Of a stretch of DNA of 64,000 nt, positions 37,824-47,944 are shown in pieces. Every line of letters begins with the position of its first letter. Position 1 is the stretch's first letter. Source of the DNA: an uncultured Bacillota bacterium. Lineage in GTDB: Bacteria > Sysuimicrobiota > Sysuimicrobiia > Sysuimicrobiales > Segetimicrobiaceae. Below the pieces are notes generated by a model. It was not told the DNA's origin. It was given only the letters and a program-made list of their open reading frames with translations, and ran no database searches. The stretch lies in contig CAWDRG010000015.1 of the NCBI GenBank assembly GCA_963804645.1, forward strand, positions 64,001 to 128,000. The letters are read 5' to 3'. The position numbers were made by a program, and so were the translations under genes.

Positions 37824-39467
37824 ATGAAGATCGAGGACGTGCTGGCTGAGCTGCACCGCGCCGACGTGCGCGTGTCCCGTCGGGACCTGATCCGCCTCGC
37901 CGCGCTCGGCGGCGCCGCCGCGGCCGGGTTGGGGGAGGCGCTCGGGGGTGCGCCCGCGGCCGAGGGCGCCACGGGAAAGCGGGGCGGCGTGTGGCGCATG
38001 GCGATCCCCGGCAACCCGACCGCGTACCCGATCACGATCCCGGGCAAGCTCGTGGATATTCTCGTCAACAAGACGATCTTCAGCACGCTCGTCCGCTACC
38101 AGCTCGTGAACGGCGGCATCCAGGTGGTCCCGGACCTCGCCCAGTCGTGGACGGCGAACGCCAGCCTGACCGAGTACACCTTCAAGCTTCGCAGCGGGGT
38201 GAAGTGGCACGATGGGCAGCCGCTGACCGCGGACGACGTGAAGTTTACCCTCGATGCCCTGCTCAACCCCAAGGTGAACGCGGGGCTGGCCGGCGTGGTC
38301 GCGGCGATCAAGGAGACCCAGGTCGTCGACCCCCTGACCGTCAGGTTCGTCACGCAGTACCCGTACGCGTCCCTGCCCGTGATGCTCGGGTACAACATCG
38401 CGATCGTGCCGAAGCATCTGCTGCAGAGTCAAGACCTGAACCAGCCGGTGGCGTTCATCCAGCATCCGGTGGGGACGGGCCCGTTCCGGTTCAAGTCGTT
38501 CACGCAGGACACCGCGATGGAGGTCGAGGCGAATCCGGACTACTGGGACGGCGCTCCGATGCTGGACGGGATCGTCTTCAAGGTGATCCCGGACGGGAAC
38601 GCGCGGCTGGCGCAGCTCAAGTCCGGTGATATCGACTTCACCGTGATCGATCCGCCGCAGCTGGCCGCGCTGCAGGGCGTGTCGGGGATCAGGGTCCGGC
38701 GCGCGCCGCAGGTCAACTACTATTTCTTCGCGATCAACCACGATCTGCCGAAGTTCGCGGACCTGAGGGTGCGGCAGGCGCTGACGTACGCGATCGACAA
38801 GCAGGCGATCGTCAAGAACATCCTCAAGGGCGACGGGCGGCCGGCGACGGGCCCGATCAACCCGCTCTTGGGCGCGTATTACAACCCGGACGTCGATACG
38901 TACCCGTACAACATGGACAAGGCGGCGGGCCTGCTCGCCGAGGCGGGATGGAAGAAGGGTCCCGACGGCATTCTCGTCAACGCGCAGGGGCAGAAGTTCA
39001 CGCTCTCGATGAACGGGCCGAAGGGCTACCCCGTGATGGAGCAGGTGCTGACGTACGCGCAGCAGCAGTACAAGACGCTCGGGTTCGACGCCACGCTCGA
39101 GATCGTGGATTGGCCGGTGCACCTCACCACGTACGTGAAGCGCCAGTATGAGCTGCTGATGGAGTGGTGGATCACGCCCCCCGATCCCGACGAGTACGAC
39201 CACTACTACAGCACATCGCCCGACAACTACTGGGGGTACAAGAACACCGCCCTCGACTCGCTCCTGATCAAGGCGCGGAGCGAGCCGGATCCGCAGAAGC
39301 GCGTCGCGCTGTACCATCAGATCCAGGACCTGATCGCGAAGGACATCCCGCTCGTCTACCTCTACTACCCGCCGGAGCTGCAGGCGATGAGCACGCGCAC
39401 GCAGGGGCTGCCGCTCATCGGCTACCGTGATGCGCTCACGTGGACGTCCAGGGTGTGGCTGAGCTAA
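37824..39467 (+). CDS. ABC transporter substrate-binding protein, family 5 (Dpp/Opp), with Tat-type signal
   Basis: SRRDLIRL twin-arginine motif; PDLAQSW, YTFKLRSGVKWHDG.PLTADDVKFT, PVGTGPF, VRQAL.YAID. Confidence 0.93.
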   Translation: MKIEDVLAELHRADVRVSRRDLIRLAALGGAAAAGLGEALGGAPAAEGATGKRGGVWRMAIPGNPTAYPITIPGKLVDILVNKTIFSTLVRYQLVNGGIQVVPDLAQSWTANASLTEYTFKLRSGVKWHDGQPLTADDVKFTLDALLNPKVNAGLAGVVAAIKETQVVDPLTVRFVTQYPYASLPVMLGYNIAIVPKHLLQSQDLNQPVAFIQHPVGTGPFRFKSFTQDTAMEVEANPDYWDGAPMLDGIVFKVIPDGNARLAQLKSGDIDFTVIDPPQLAALQGVSGIRVRRAPQVNYYFFAINHDLPKFADLRVRQALTYAIDKQAIVKNILKGDGRPATGPINPLLGAYYNPDVDTYPYNMDKAAGLLAEAGWKKGPDGILVNAQGQKFTLSMNGPKGYPVMEQVLTYAQQQYKTLGFDATLEIVDWPVHLTTYVKRQYELLMEWWITPPDPDEYDHYYSTSPDNYWGYKNTALDSLLIKARSEPDPQKRVALYHQIQDLIAKDIPLVYLYYPPELQAMSTRTQGLPLIGYRDALTWTSRVWLS

Positions 39468-39563
39468 GGTGACGGCGGTCTGACCCGCGGCCTCGACGGG
39501 GCCGGGCCGGCGGGCGCGCTCGCGCCGCCGGCCTGGCTCTGAGCCGCCACCGCGCGACCAGTG

Positions 39564-40511
39564 ATGACCGGATACCTCCTGCGGCGGCTTCTCCAGGCGG
39601 TCGTGCTGCTCTGGATCGTGACCGTGATCACGTTCGTGCTGATCCACGAGGCACCCGGCGGCCCCGCGGTGCTCCAAAACCCCGACCTCGGCCGCGATCA
39701 GGTCGCGCGGTTTCGCGCGAACCTCGGCCTCGACGACCCGCTGCCGGCGCAGTACTGGCGATGGCTCCGCGGCGTGCTGCGGGGGGACTTCGGCCTGAGC
39801 TACAACACCGTCGAGCCGGTGCTGGGCCTCGTCGCCACCCGGCTGCCGAATACGCTGCTGCTGACCGGGGTTGCACTCGGCATCGCGTTCGCGGTGGCGA
39901 TTCCGCTGGGGGTGATCAGCGCCACGCACCGCAACTCCGCGGTGGACCGCGTGATCGCGGCGGTGGCCTTTCTCGGGATCTCCACCCCGGTGTTTTGGCT
40001 CGGGATCATGCTCATCGTGCTGTTCGCGGTCCAATGGCGCGTGCTGCCGGCCGGCGGCATGTATGAGGTGGGCGCGCCATTTTCGATCGCCGACCGCGTC
40101 CGCCACCTCCTGCTTCCGGTGTTCGTGCTCGTGATCGCGAACCTGGCCGAGGTCACCCGCTATACCCGGTCGGCGATGATCGGGGCCCTCGCCGAGGACT
40201 ACGTGCGCACCGCGCACGCCAAGGGCTTGTCCGGGCGGGTCGTGCTGTTCCGGCACGCCCTGCGGAACGCGCTCATCCCCGTGCTGACGATCATCGGCGT
40301 GTACCTCCCGCGTGCGGTCAGCGCCACCGCGATCACGGAAACCGTGTTTACCTGGCCCGGCATGGGGCTGCTCGCGGTCCAGTCCGCGGCGACACGCGAC
40401 TATCCCGTGGTGATGGGGGCGACGCTCGCCGTCGCGGTGTTTGCCGTGGCGAGCAGTTTGCTCACGGACCTCGCGTACGGGTACGTCGACCCCAGGATCC
40501 GGCTCGGGTAG
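39564..40511 (+). CDS. Dpp/Opp ABC permease (DppB-like)
   Basis: LGLDDP, GDFG.S, EDYVRTAHAKG, HALRNALIP, DYPVV, DPRIR. Confidence 0.93.
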   Translation: MTGYLLRRLLQAVVLLWIVTVITFVLIHEAPGGPAVLQNPDLGRDQVARFRANLGLDDPLPAQYWRWLRGVLRGDFGLSYNTVEPVLGLVATRLPNTLLLTGVALGIAFAVAIPLGVISATHRNSAVDRVIAAVAFLGISTPVFWLGIMLIVLFAVQWRVLPAGGMYEVGAPFSIADRVRHLLLPVFVLVIANLAEVTRYTRSAMIGALAEDYVRTAHAKGLSGRVVLFRHALRNALIPVLTIIGVYLPRAVSATAITETVFTWPGMGLLAVQSAATRDYPVVMGATLAVAVFAVASSLLTDLAYGYVDPRIRLG

Positions 40512-40518
40512 CGTCGCG

Positions 40519-41418
40519 ATGGCGGCCGTCCAGTCCCTCGACCGGCGCGTCCAGAGCGACGCACCGCCACCGCAGCGGCGGCGGGCGGCGTGGCGCCGGT
40601 TCGTGGCGAACAGGCTCGCCGTCGCCTCGACCACGTTTCTGCTCGCGATGTATCTCGTGGCGGCGGCCGGACCGCTGATCAGTCCGTACCGTCCCGACGC
40701 CGTCGACATCATGAACACGAACGCGGCGCCGTCCGCGGCGCACTGGCTCGGGACCGACGAGAACGGCCGGGACGTCTTGTCGCGGCTGATCGCGGGCGCT
40801 CGGGCCTCGATGACGGTCGGCGTCATCGCGATGGTGATCGCGATCGTGATCGGCGCCCTCGTCGGCAGCCTCGCGGGGTATTACGGGCGGTGGGTCGACA
40901 GCGTGCTGATGCGATTTACGGACGGCATGATGGCAATCCCGTACTTCTTTCTGGTCCTGATCGTCGTCGCGGTGTTCGGGTCCGCCTTTCGCAACATCGT
41001 GATCGCGATCGGTGTCACGAGCTGGATGGTCGTCGCCCGGATCGTCCGCGGTGAGGTGCTGCGGTACCGCGGCCTGGACTTCGTGCTTGCCGCCCGCACG
41101 CTCGGCGCGACGTCGGGGCGGATTCTGGTCCGCCACATCGTGCCGCAGACCGTCCCGTCGATCATCGTGGCGGCCACCTTTGGGGTCGCGTCCGCGATCC
41201 TGCTCGAGTCTGCCCTGAGCTTCCTCGGGCTGGGCATCCAGCCGCCGCAGGCGAGCTGGGGCAACATGCTGTCGAACGCCCAGGCGTACGTCTGGGAGAA
41301 CCCGCGGCTGCCGATGTATCCCGGGGTGCTGATCCTGTGCACGGTGCTTGCCTACAACTTTCTTGGCGACGCCCTGCGGGACGCGCTGGACCCCAGGTAC
41401 CGGGAGAGCAACGTCTGA
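40519..41418 (+). CDS. Dpp/Opp ABC permease (DppC-like)
   Basis: HWLGTDENGRD, ARIVRG, ESALSFLGLG, SWGNML, GDALRDALDP. Confidence 0.93.
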   Translation: MAAVQSLDRRVQSDAPPPQRRRAAWRRFVANRLAVASTTFLLAMYLVAAAGPLISPYRPDAVDIMNTNAAPSAAHWLGTDENGRDVLSRLIAGARASMTVGVIAMVIAIVIGALVGSLAGYYGRWVDSVLMRFTDGMMAIPYFFLVLIVVAVFGSAFRNIVIAIGVTSWMVVARIVRGEVLRYRGLDFVLAARTLGATSGRILVRHIVPQTVPSIIVAATFGVASAILLESALSFLGLGIQPPQASWGNMLSNAQAYVWENPRLPMYPGVLILCTVLAYNFLGDALRDALDPRYRESNV

Positions 41419-41511
41419 CGACCGTCCGGGGAAGACGCCAGGGCGGACGATGCGGCGGTGTCGAAGACCTCAGGGGCGCGCATCGGCGCGGCGGAGCAAG
41501 GAGGTGAGTCC

Positions 41512-42570
41512 GTGACACAGGCTGGCGCGGGGACCGTGAGCTTGGTCGGAGACGTGATGATCGAGCGTCCGTTCGCGCAGAGCGGGCGCGGCCGCGAGGC
41601 CGGGTTTCGAGCGGCCCTGGCGGCTGCGCGCGAGGCGGACCTCGTCGTGGCGAACCTCGAAATGCCGCTGTCACGGCGCGGCGTCCGCGTCCCGAAGACG
41701 GCAAGCCTGCGGTCCGATCCGGACGTGATCCAGGACGTCCGGGCGATGGGGATCGACGCGGTGACGCTCGCGAACAACCACCTGTACGACTACGGGCCCG
41801 AGGCGCTCCATGACACGGTCGCCGCGTGCCGTGAAGCCGGCATCGCGTGCTGCGGCGCCGGCGCGGATCTGGACGCGGCGCTGGCGCCCGTGCGCCTCCG
41901 CGCCGGCGGGGCGGCGGTCTCGTTGCTCAGCGTGGCCTGCACGCTCCCGGTGGAGTCGGCGGCGAGATCCGGGAAGCCCGGGATCGCCCCGATCGGGGTC
42001 GGGCACTCGCTCGAAACCGACATCAATCTGTTCGTCGAGCAGCCGGGGACCGTGCCGGTCGTCCACACCTGGGCGTCGCCGGCGGACCAGCAGACCGTGT
42101 GCGACCGCATCGCCGCGCTGCGCGGCGAGGGGCAGGTCGTGATCGTCGGCATCCACTGGGGGGTTCCTGAGTACTGGCTGTCGCCGTCGCTCGGGCGGCT
42201 TGCGGAGTACCAGCGTCCGCTTGGGCATGCCCTGATCGACGCCGGGGCCGAGATCGTGTTCGGGCACCACTCGCACTCGCTCCATCCGATCGAGGTGTAC
42301 CGGGGCAAGCCGATCTTCTACAGCGCCGGGAACTTCCTGTTCGAGGACCCGCGGGCGTTCATGGGGCCCGAATCGATGATCGTGCAGGCTGCCATCGGCG
42401 CGCAGCTGGAGATCTCGATCGTGCCCGTGCTCGTGGACGCCGACGGGTTCCCGGAGGTGGCCGCGGGGCCCGCCGCCGCCCGGGTGCTGGGGCGGCTGGT
42501 AGAGCTGTCTCAATCGTTGGGGACGTCGCTCGAACTCGCGGGCGACCGGGCGCGCCTCATTCTGACGTAA
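41512..42570 (+). CDS. CapA/PgsA-family metallophosphoesterase-fold protein (no signal peptide)
   Basis: VGDVM, NLE, LANNH..DYG, IHWG, GHHSH, YSAGNF. Confidence 0.9.
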   Translation: MTQAGAGTVSLVGDVMIERPFAQSGRGREAGFRAALAAAREADLVVANLEMPLSRRGVRVPKTASLRSDPDVIQDVRAMGIDAVTLANNHLYDYGPEALHDTVAACREAGIACCGAGADLDAALAPVRLRAGGAAVSLLSVACTLPVESAARSGKPGIAPIGVGHSLETDINLFVEQPGTVPVVHTWASPADQQTVCDRIAALRGEGQVVIVGIHWGVPEYWLSPSLGRLAEYQRPLGHALIDAGAEIVFGHHSHSLHPIEVYRGKPIFYSAGNFLFEDPRAFMGPESMIVQAAIGAQLEISIVPVLVDADGFPEVAAGPAAARVLGRLVELSQSLGTSLELAGDRARLILT

Positions 42571-42614
42571 GTCGATCGGAGCACAGTTCGGCAGTCGAGA
42601 AAGGGGAGACTCGG

Positions 42615-44384
42615 ATGAGTCGTGTGGACGAGATTACCGGGTGGAGCGACGGAGCCCTCGAGCGTCGTGTCCTCGACGCGGTGTCGATCAAGGTCCCGTG
42701 GCGCTTGGTCGAGCAGTTCTCCAAGCTCGTGCGCCTCTCGGGATCGCCGGAGGAACGGCGGGCGTTTGAGCTGCTGACGAAGCAGCTGACCGCATGGGGA
42801 GTGCCGCACCGTCTCCACGAGCCGCTGTGCTTCATCTCGATTCCGGGGCCCTCCGGGGTGCGCTGCAACGGCACCGTGTACCGGGCGAAGACGCCGGCGA
42901 TGTCGGTGTCCACGAACGGGGCGGAGGTCTCGGGCGAGCTCGTGTATGTGACGAGCGGCAGCGGACGCAGCGCGTTCGACGTGCTGTCCACCGGGGTGGA
43001 TCTCGCCGGGACGCGGGTGGCCGGCAAGATCGTCGTGACCGAGGGGATGGCGGCGCCCGCCAAGGTGAAGGACCTGATGGAGGCGGGGGCGATCGCCGGG
43101 ATCTTCATCAACCCGGGCCAGAACATTCACGAGGGCATCTGCACGACGATCTGGGGCACGCCCGACCTCGATGCCGCGGTCCGGCAGCCGACAATCCCCG
43201 TCGTCGCGGTCAACCACCCCGACGGGCAGGCGCTCATTCGTGCCGCGGAACGGGGCGGTCGGGCGTCGGTGTCGACGCAGCTCGACACGGGCTGGCGCAC
43301 GATCCCGGTGCTCGTCGCGGAGATCCCCGGCCGCCAGGCGCCCGAGGAATTCGCGCTGCTGCACGGCCACGTCGACGGATGGCACTTCGGCGTCGGCGAC
43401 AACGCGACCGGCAACGCGACGCTGCTGGAGCTCGCCCGAGTGTTTTGGCGCCACCGGCGGAGGCTTGCGCGCTCGCTGCGCATCGCGTGGTGGTCCGGGC
43501 ACTCCCACGGCCGGTACGCGGGGTCGACCTGGTACGCCGACACGCACGGGATCGATCTCGCGAGACACTGCGTTGCCCAGGTGAACTGCGATTCACCGGG
43601 CTGCCGCTGGGCCACGACCTACAACCATCTGACGGCGATGAGCGAGACGGTACCGCTCGTCGAGGCCGTGATCCGCGGGACGACCGGCATCACCCCTGAG
43701 CCCGAGCGGCCGCCGCGCGCGGGCGACTATTCGTTCAACGGCATCGGGCTGTCCTCGTACTTCATGCTGAGCTCCACGATGTCCGAGGAAGACCGCGCGG
43801 CGCGCCACTACTACGCGGTCGGCGGGTGCGGCGGCAACATCGCGTGGCACACCGAGGACGATCTGATGGACATCGCCGACCGGGACAACCTGCTGCGGGA
43901 CATGCGCGTCTACGCGGCGGCGGTGCTGCGGACGCTGAACGCCCCGGTCCATCCGCTTGACTGGACGCGGACCGCCGCGGAGTTCCGCTCGACGCTCGAT
44001 GGGTACCGGCAGGCCGCGGAGCCTGAGTTCGACTTCGCCCCTGCGTTGACCGCGCTCGATGAGCTGGACGGGACCCTCGCCGAGTTTTACGCCAAGGCGC
44101 CCGCCCGCGGGAGCGCCCGGACTGCGGCGGTGAAGCGCTTCAACGCGGTCCAGCGGCGTCTCGGACGACTCCTGATCCCGGTGAACTACAGCCGGATGCC
44201 GGCGTTCTGGCACGATCCCGCGGTGAACGTGGCGCCGCTCCCGGATCTCGCGCCCGCGTCGGCGCTGCCTCGGGCCGCGGGGCGCGCCGACCAGCTCGGG
44301 ATGCTCCGAGCGCATCTGACGCGCGGACAGAATCGCCTGGTCTGGACCCTGCAGCAGGCCCGAGAGGCGGCGGGCGGGTCGTGA
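42615..44384 (+). CDS. M28-family metallopeptidase-like protein with PA domain (paralogue 1)
   Basis: HGHVDGW, GDNATG, WWSGHSHGRYAGSTWYAD, NCDSPG, WHTEDD. Confidence 0.82.
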   Translation: MSRVDEITGWSDGALERRVLDAVSIKVPWRLVEQFSKLVRLSGSPEERRAFELLTKQLTAWGVPHRLHEPLCFISIPGPSGVRCNGTVYRAKTPAMSVSTNGAEVSGELVYVTSGSGRSAFDVLSTGVDLAGTRVAGKIVVTEGMAAPAKVKDLMEAGAIAGIFINPGQNIHEGICTTIWGTPDLDAAVRQPTIPVVAVNHPDGQALIRAAERGGRASVSTQLDTGWRTIPVLVAEIPGRQAPEEFALLHGHVDGWHFGVGDNATGNATLLELARVFWRHRRRLARSLRIAWWSGHSHGRYAGSTWYADTHGIDLARHCVAQVNCDSPGCRWATTYNHLTAMSETVPLVEAVIRGTTGITPEPERPPRAGDYSFNGIGLSSYFMLSSTMSEEDRAARHYYAVGGCGGNIAWHTEDDLMDIADRDNLLRDMRVYAAAVLRTLNAPVHPLDWTRTAAEFRSTLDGYRQAAEPEFDFAPALTALDELDGTLAEFYAKAPARGSARTAAVKRFNAVQRRLGRLLIPVNYSRMPAFWHDPAVNVAPLPDLAPASALPRAAGRADQLGMLRAHLTRGQNRLVWTLQQAREAAGGS

Positions 44385-44684
44385 GGGTGTTCGACGGGGC
44401 CGGGAGATGCCAGGGGCGCGCCGGCCGCGACCACGGATGGAGCGTGCTCTCGGGGAGATCGCGGACGGCGTGCGTGTAGCACACGACTTCGGGATGCGCG
44501 AGTACGTTGCGCGGTAGTCCAACGATCGGACCTGGGATCTCCGCGGCCGGGCGCATGCGTCGATGCCGGTGCAGCCTCATCTCTGGTGGTCGATGAACCT
44601 CGGCGTCCGGGTGGAGAACGATCAAGCCAGACGGTGCTTCATGCACCTCGATTCCATCGTCTTGTCCACGGAGGCGTAACGCCG

Positions 44685-45023
44685 ATGCCGCTCACCTCAT
44701 ACACGGCTGTGGTCGAACGCGCGACCCCGCTCGCCGGGACGTTTGCGACGGAGCCGTATGAAGTCGCGTGGGCGCGTGAGGTCCTGGTGTTCATTCGAGT
44801 CCGGGAAGACACGCAGGGGCGTCCGGCGGTGCAGGCTCGGATCCAGATCTCGCCGGACGGGATGCACTGGGTCGATGAGGGAACCGCGTTCGCGCCGATC
44901 GAGGGCCCCGGCGTCGCCTTCGTCCGCGTCACCCAGTTCGGCAACTGGCTGCGCGTGGCCGGGCAGGTCAGCCCGGACGGCGCGGCGGCGAAGGCCCTGA
45001 TCTACTTCTGCTTGAAGGAGTAG
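44685..45023 (+). CDS. Conserved-looking hypothetical beta-rich protein
   Basis: GGAGG RBS; FATEPYEVAWA, QISPDGMHWVDEG, FGNWLR. Confidence 0.7.
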   Translation: MPLTSYTAVVERATPLAGTFATEPYEVAWAREVLVFIRVREDTQGRPAVQARIQISPDGMHWVDEGTAFAPIEGPGVAFVRVTQFGNWLRVAGQVSPDGAAAKALIYFCLKE

Positions 45024-45123
45024 GGCGTCACGCGCTCGAGTCGCGCGCGCACTCGCGTGATGGCGTTACATGGCCCTGACCGGGCGCCGCGTTGCAGAGA
45101 GGATCTCTCGGCTCGCATCGCGC

Positions 45124-46116
45124 TCAACGCTGCGGATTAATCTGGCGCAGCGCGGGGAGCACGTCCGTCCCGAGGATGTCGAGGGTGGCCTCCTGGTCGA
45201 CCGATGTGACCTGGACCGTGACGATGTCCGCCCCGACCTCGACCAACGGTCGGTACACCTCCACCAACTCCGCGGGCGTGCGGGCCCACGCGTACTTAGC
45301 GATGATCTCGCGGCGGTCCATCGAGTCGGCCCGCTGCCGGAGGACGGCCGGGTCCACCTCGTCGAGCCGGCCCTCGACGCGGAGGCCCCGCCACGCGGCG
45401 AGCGCCTGCCAGGCTTCCTCCTCGGTGCGGGCGAGGATCGACCACCGCTGGGCGACGACCGTCGGCGTCGGCCGGCCCGCCTCGCGCGCGGCCTGCCGGA
45501 AGGGATCGATGACCTGCTGGTGCGCGTCGACCGGGTCCTTGACGCTGACGATGAGCCCGTCCGCGAGCCGGCCGGCCATCGCGGCGGACTGCTTGCCGCC
45601 GGCCGACATCCAGATCGGGACGTAGCCGCGCGGAGGGCTGTAGAGCTTGGCGGCGCGCGTCCGATAGTGCTCCCCGGTGAAATCGAGCTTCTTCCCGTCG
45701 AGGAGGCCGCGCATGATCGCGATCGCTTCCGCCATGCGGGCGGACCGTTCCTTGTACCCTGGGAAGTCCCAGCCGAGGGGGCGTTCGTTGATGCCTTCCC
45801 CGCTGCCGATGCCGAGCGCGAACCGGCCGCCGGACAGCCGGTCGACCGTGGCCGCCGCCTGGGCGACCAATCCCGGATGGTAGCGGAAGAGGGGGCAGGT
45901 CACGGCGGTGGCGAGGCGCACGTGCCGGGTGCGGACGGCCGCCGCGCCGAGCCAGGTCCACGCGGCGCCCGCCGCCGACGCGTCATCGACCCACGGGTGG
46001 AAATGGTCGGAGACGGTGAGGGCGTCAAACCCGACGTCCTCGGCGCGCACCGCGTGCTCGAGCAGGACCTCGGGCTGGAACTGCTCGGTGCCGCAGAAGT
46101 AGGCGAATGCTGGCAT
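45124..46116 (-). CDS. LLM-class, probably F420-dependent oxidoreductase (G6PDH-F420-like group)
   Basis: EQF.P..L, SDHFHPW, TAVTCP..RYHP..VAQAAAT, LGIGSGE.INE. Confidence 0.85.
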   Translation of the reverse strand: MPAFAYFCGTEQFQPEVLLEHAVRAEDVGFDALTVSDHFHPWVDDASAAGAAWTWLGAAAVRTRHVRLATAVTCPLFRYHPGLVAQAAATVDRLSGGRFALGIGSGEGINERPLGWDFPGYKERSARMAEAIAIMRGLLDGKKLDFTGEHYRTRAAKLYSPPRGYVPIWMSAGGKQSAAMAGRLADGLIVSVKDPVDAHQQVIDPFRQAAREAGRPTPTVVAQRWSILARTEEEAWQALAAWRGLRVEGRLDEVDPAVLRQRADSMDRREIIAKYAWARTPAELVEVYRPLVEVGADIVTVQVTSVDQEATLDILGTDVLPALRQINPQR

Positions 46117-46164
46117 CGTATCCTCCTCACGTGCTGGCATCGTGTTCGTCTGGTCTGACGAGGG

Positions 46165-47898
46165 TCACGGGGCGAGTGCGTCAAGCGTCGCGTCGATTTC
46201 GCGCGTCGCATCCCGCAGCGCGGCAGCCACCCGGTTGGACTCGCGGAGCACCTGCGCCCGCAGAAACCCGTAGGCAGGCTGCCCGTCGAGTTGCGGCAGT
46301 CCGGCGGCCTTGCCGAGCGCCGCAAGGGTGGACGACGTGGTGGCCCGCATGATGGGCGACCACTCCGCGGGATCGTGCTGGAACCGTCCGCCCTGACTGT
46401 AGATCACCGACGTGACGATCCGGCTGATCCGGATCAAGGCCGCGTTCAGCCGCTTCCGGGCCCGCTCGCTCCGCGCCGTTTCTCTGGCGTCTTCCAGGCG
46501 CGCCGCCGCGGCGCCAAACGCGTCTGCCTCCGCGCGGAGCTGCGAGAGATCGAGGTGCCGGCCGGCGCCCTCCTGGATTGCCGCGAGCGCGCGGCGGATG
46601 TCGGCGGCCGTGTCGACGTGGTGCAGCGGCAGGACGGCGGCGTTCGCGAGGTCGATCATCGCCGTGAGCGAGACGCGGGTGTCCAGCGCCAAAATCTCGA
46701 CGTCGGCCTTGTCGAGCGTGTCAAACTCGGTGTGCCACCACCACGCGTTGGCCGCCCCGCCGGTCCACGGGCGGAAATCGGGGTGGCCGTCCGGGAGAAA
46801 CGGATAGGTCGAGAACGCCGGGACGCCGTTCGCCAGGAATGACTGATCGGCCGCGCGGGAGGGCCGGTGAACCGGCGCGTCCGCCTGTCCGGTGACGCGC
46901 GCGATCGTCGCGCGGCAGAACCGCTCGATCTCCGCGGTGGTGTGGCGCGCCACGTAGCGGGTGGCGCCGCGAACGCCGGGGGAATCGACGTTGTGGTAGG
47001 CGAGGCAGTGCTCGGCGAGATCCTGGAAGAACCGGTCCGCGTACCACGTGGAGCCGGCGTATCGGCCGTGCGAGTGCCCCGGCCACCAGCACACGCGCAC
47101 GCTGCGCCGGAGGTCTTGCCGCCGCTCCCAGAGGATCCGCGCCATCTCCATCAGACACGCGTCGCCCGTCGCGTTGTCGGTGATCCCGGCGTGCCATGAG
47201 CAGTAGTGCGCGCCCACCATGACGAACAGCTCGGGCTCGTCCGTGCCGGGAATCCGCACTTCCGGCAGCCGCGACGGCGTCCACCCGGTCTGGACCTCGG
47301 CCGTGACCTTGACCCGCACGCGGTCGCCGCGGCCGAGCAGGCGCTTGAGCGCGTCCCCACTCTCTTTGTTCACCGAGACCGCCGGGACGTTCGGCAGCCG
47401 GTCGAGCTGATCGAGCCCGGGGGTCCCCCAAATCGTGGTGCCGATCATGTTGTGGATGACGCGGTCCTGGTTGGCAAAGATCACCGCGGCGCATCCCGCC
47501 CGCGTCGCGCGCAGGATCGTGACCGGCGTCGCCAGTCCGTCGATCAGCACGGCCTGCCCCGCCGCGCGCGTCACCTCGGCGTCCGGCAGGTACACGAGAT
47601 CGGCGACCACCCCGTCGAGGCCTGTGTCCCGCCCGAACGAGTGGGTGGCGCACCGCAGGGACGTCGGCTCGGGTTCGAGGACGTCGAGCGTGGCGCGGAT
47701 CGGGTAGCTCAGGTAGGCCGGGAACTCGTGCACGGTGACCGGCACGCCCGCGTCACGCATCCGGTCCGCGATGTACGCCGCGGCCTTGGCCTCTCCCGGC
47801 CCCCCCGTGTCGCGGCGCACTTCCGCGAACCACTCGAGGTCTGCACGCAGCCGCGCGGTGCTCACCGCGCGCGCCGCCGCCTCCGCCTCCGCGCTCAC
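46165..47898 (-). CDS. M28-family metallopeptidase-like protein with PA domain (paralogue 2)
   Basis: GAHYCSW, TDNATG, WWPGHSHGRYAGSTWYAD, NVDSPG, WWHTEFD. Confidence 0.82.
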   Translation of the reverse strand: MSAEAEAAARAVSTARLRADLEWFAEVRRDTGGPGEAKAAAYIADRMRDAGVPVTVHEFPAYLSYPIRATLDVLEPEPTSLRCATHSFGRDTGLDGVVADLVYLPDAEVTRAAGQAVLIDGLATPVTILRATRAGCAAVIFANQDRVIHNMIGTTIWGTPGLDQLDRLPNVPAVSVNKESGDALKRLLGRGDRVRVKVTAEVQTGWTPSRLPEVRIPGTDEPELFVMVGAHYCSWHAGITDNATGDACLMEMARILWERRQDLRRSVRVCWWPGHSHGRYAGSTWYADRFFQDLAEHCLAYHNVDSPGVRGATRYVARHTTAEIERFCRATIARVTGQADAPVHRPSRAADQSFLANGVPAFSTYPFLPDGHPDFRPWTGGAANAWWWHTEFDTLDKADVEILALDTRVSLTAMIDLANAAVLPLHHVDTAADIRRALAAIQEGAGRHLDLSQLRAEADAFGAAAARLEDARETARSERARKRLNAALIRISRIVTSVIYSQGGRFQHDPAEWSPIMRATTSSTLAALGKAAGLPQLDGQPAYGFLRAQVLRESNRVAAALRDATREIDATLDALAP

Positions 47899-47944
47899 CT
47901 GACACCTCCGTTGGTCGACACGGCTCGCCTCACCCGGATCCGCG

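Noticed and set aside
37365..40826. 1153-aa minus-strand ORF, and many similar long antisense or alternate-frame ORFs across the window
   Set aside because: Shadow ORFs of high-GC genes; Arg/Pro/Gly/His-rich with no motifs, and fully overlapping well-supported CDSs.
44450..44520. EIADGVRVAHDFGMREYVAR fragment resembling a glyoxalase/VOC C-terminus
   Set aside because: Too short, with no supporting N-terminal part; could be chance.
46108..46143. Direct repeat TGCTGGCATCGT x2 at the LLM gene start
   Set aside because: A 12-bp duplication giving two possible MPA starts; no functional signal can be supported.
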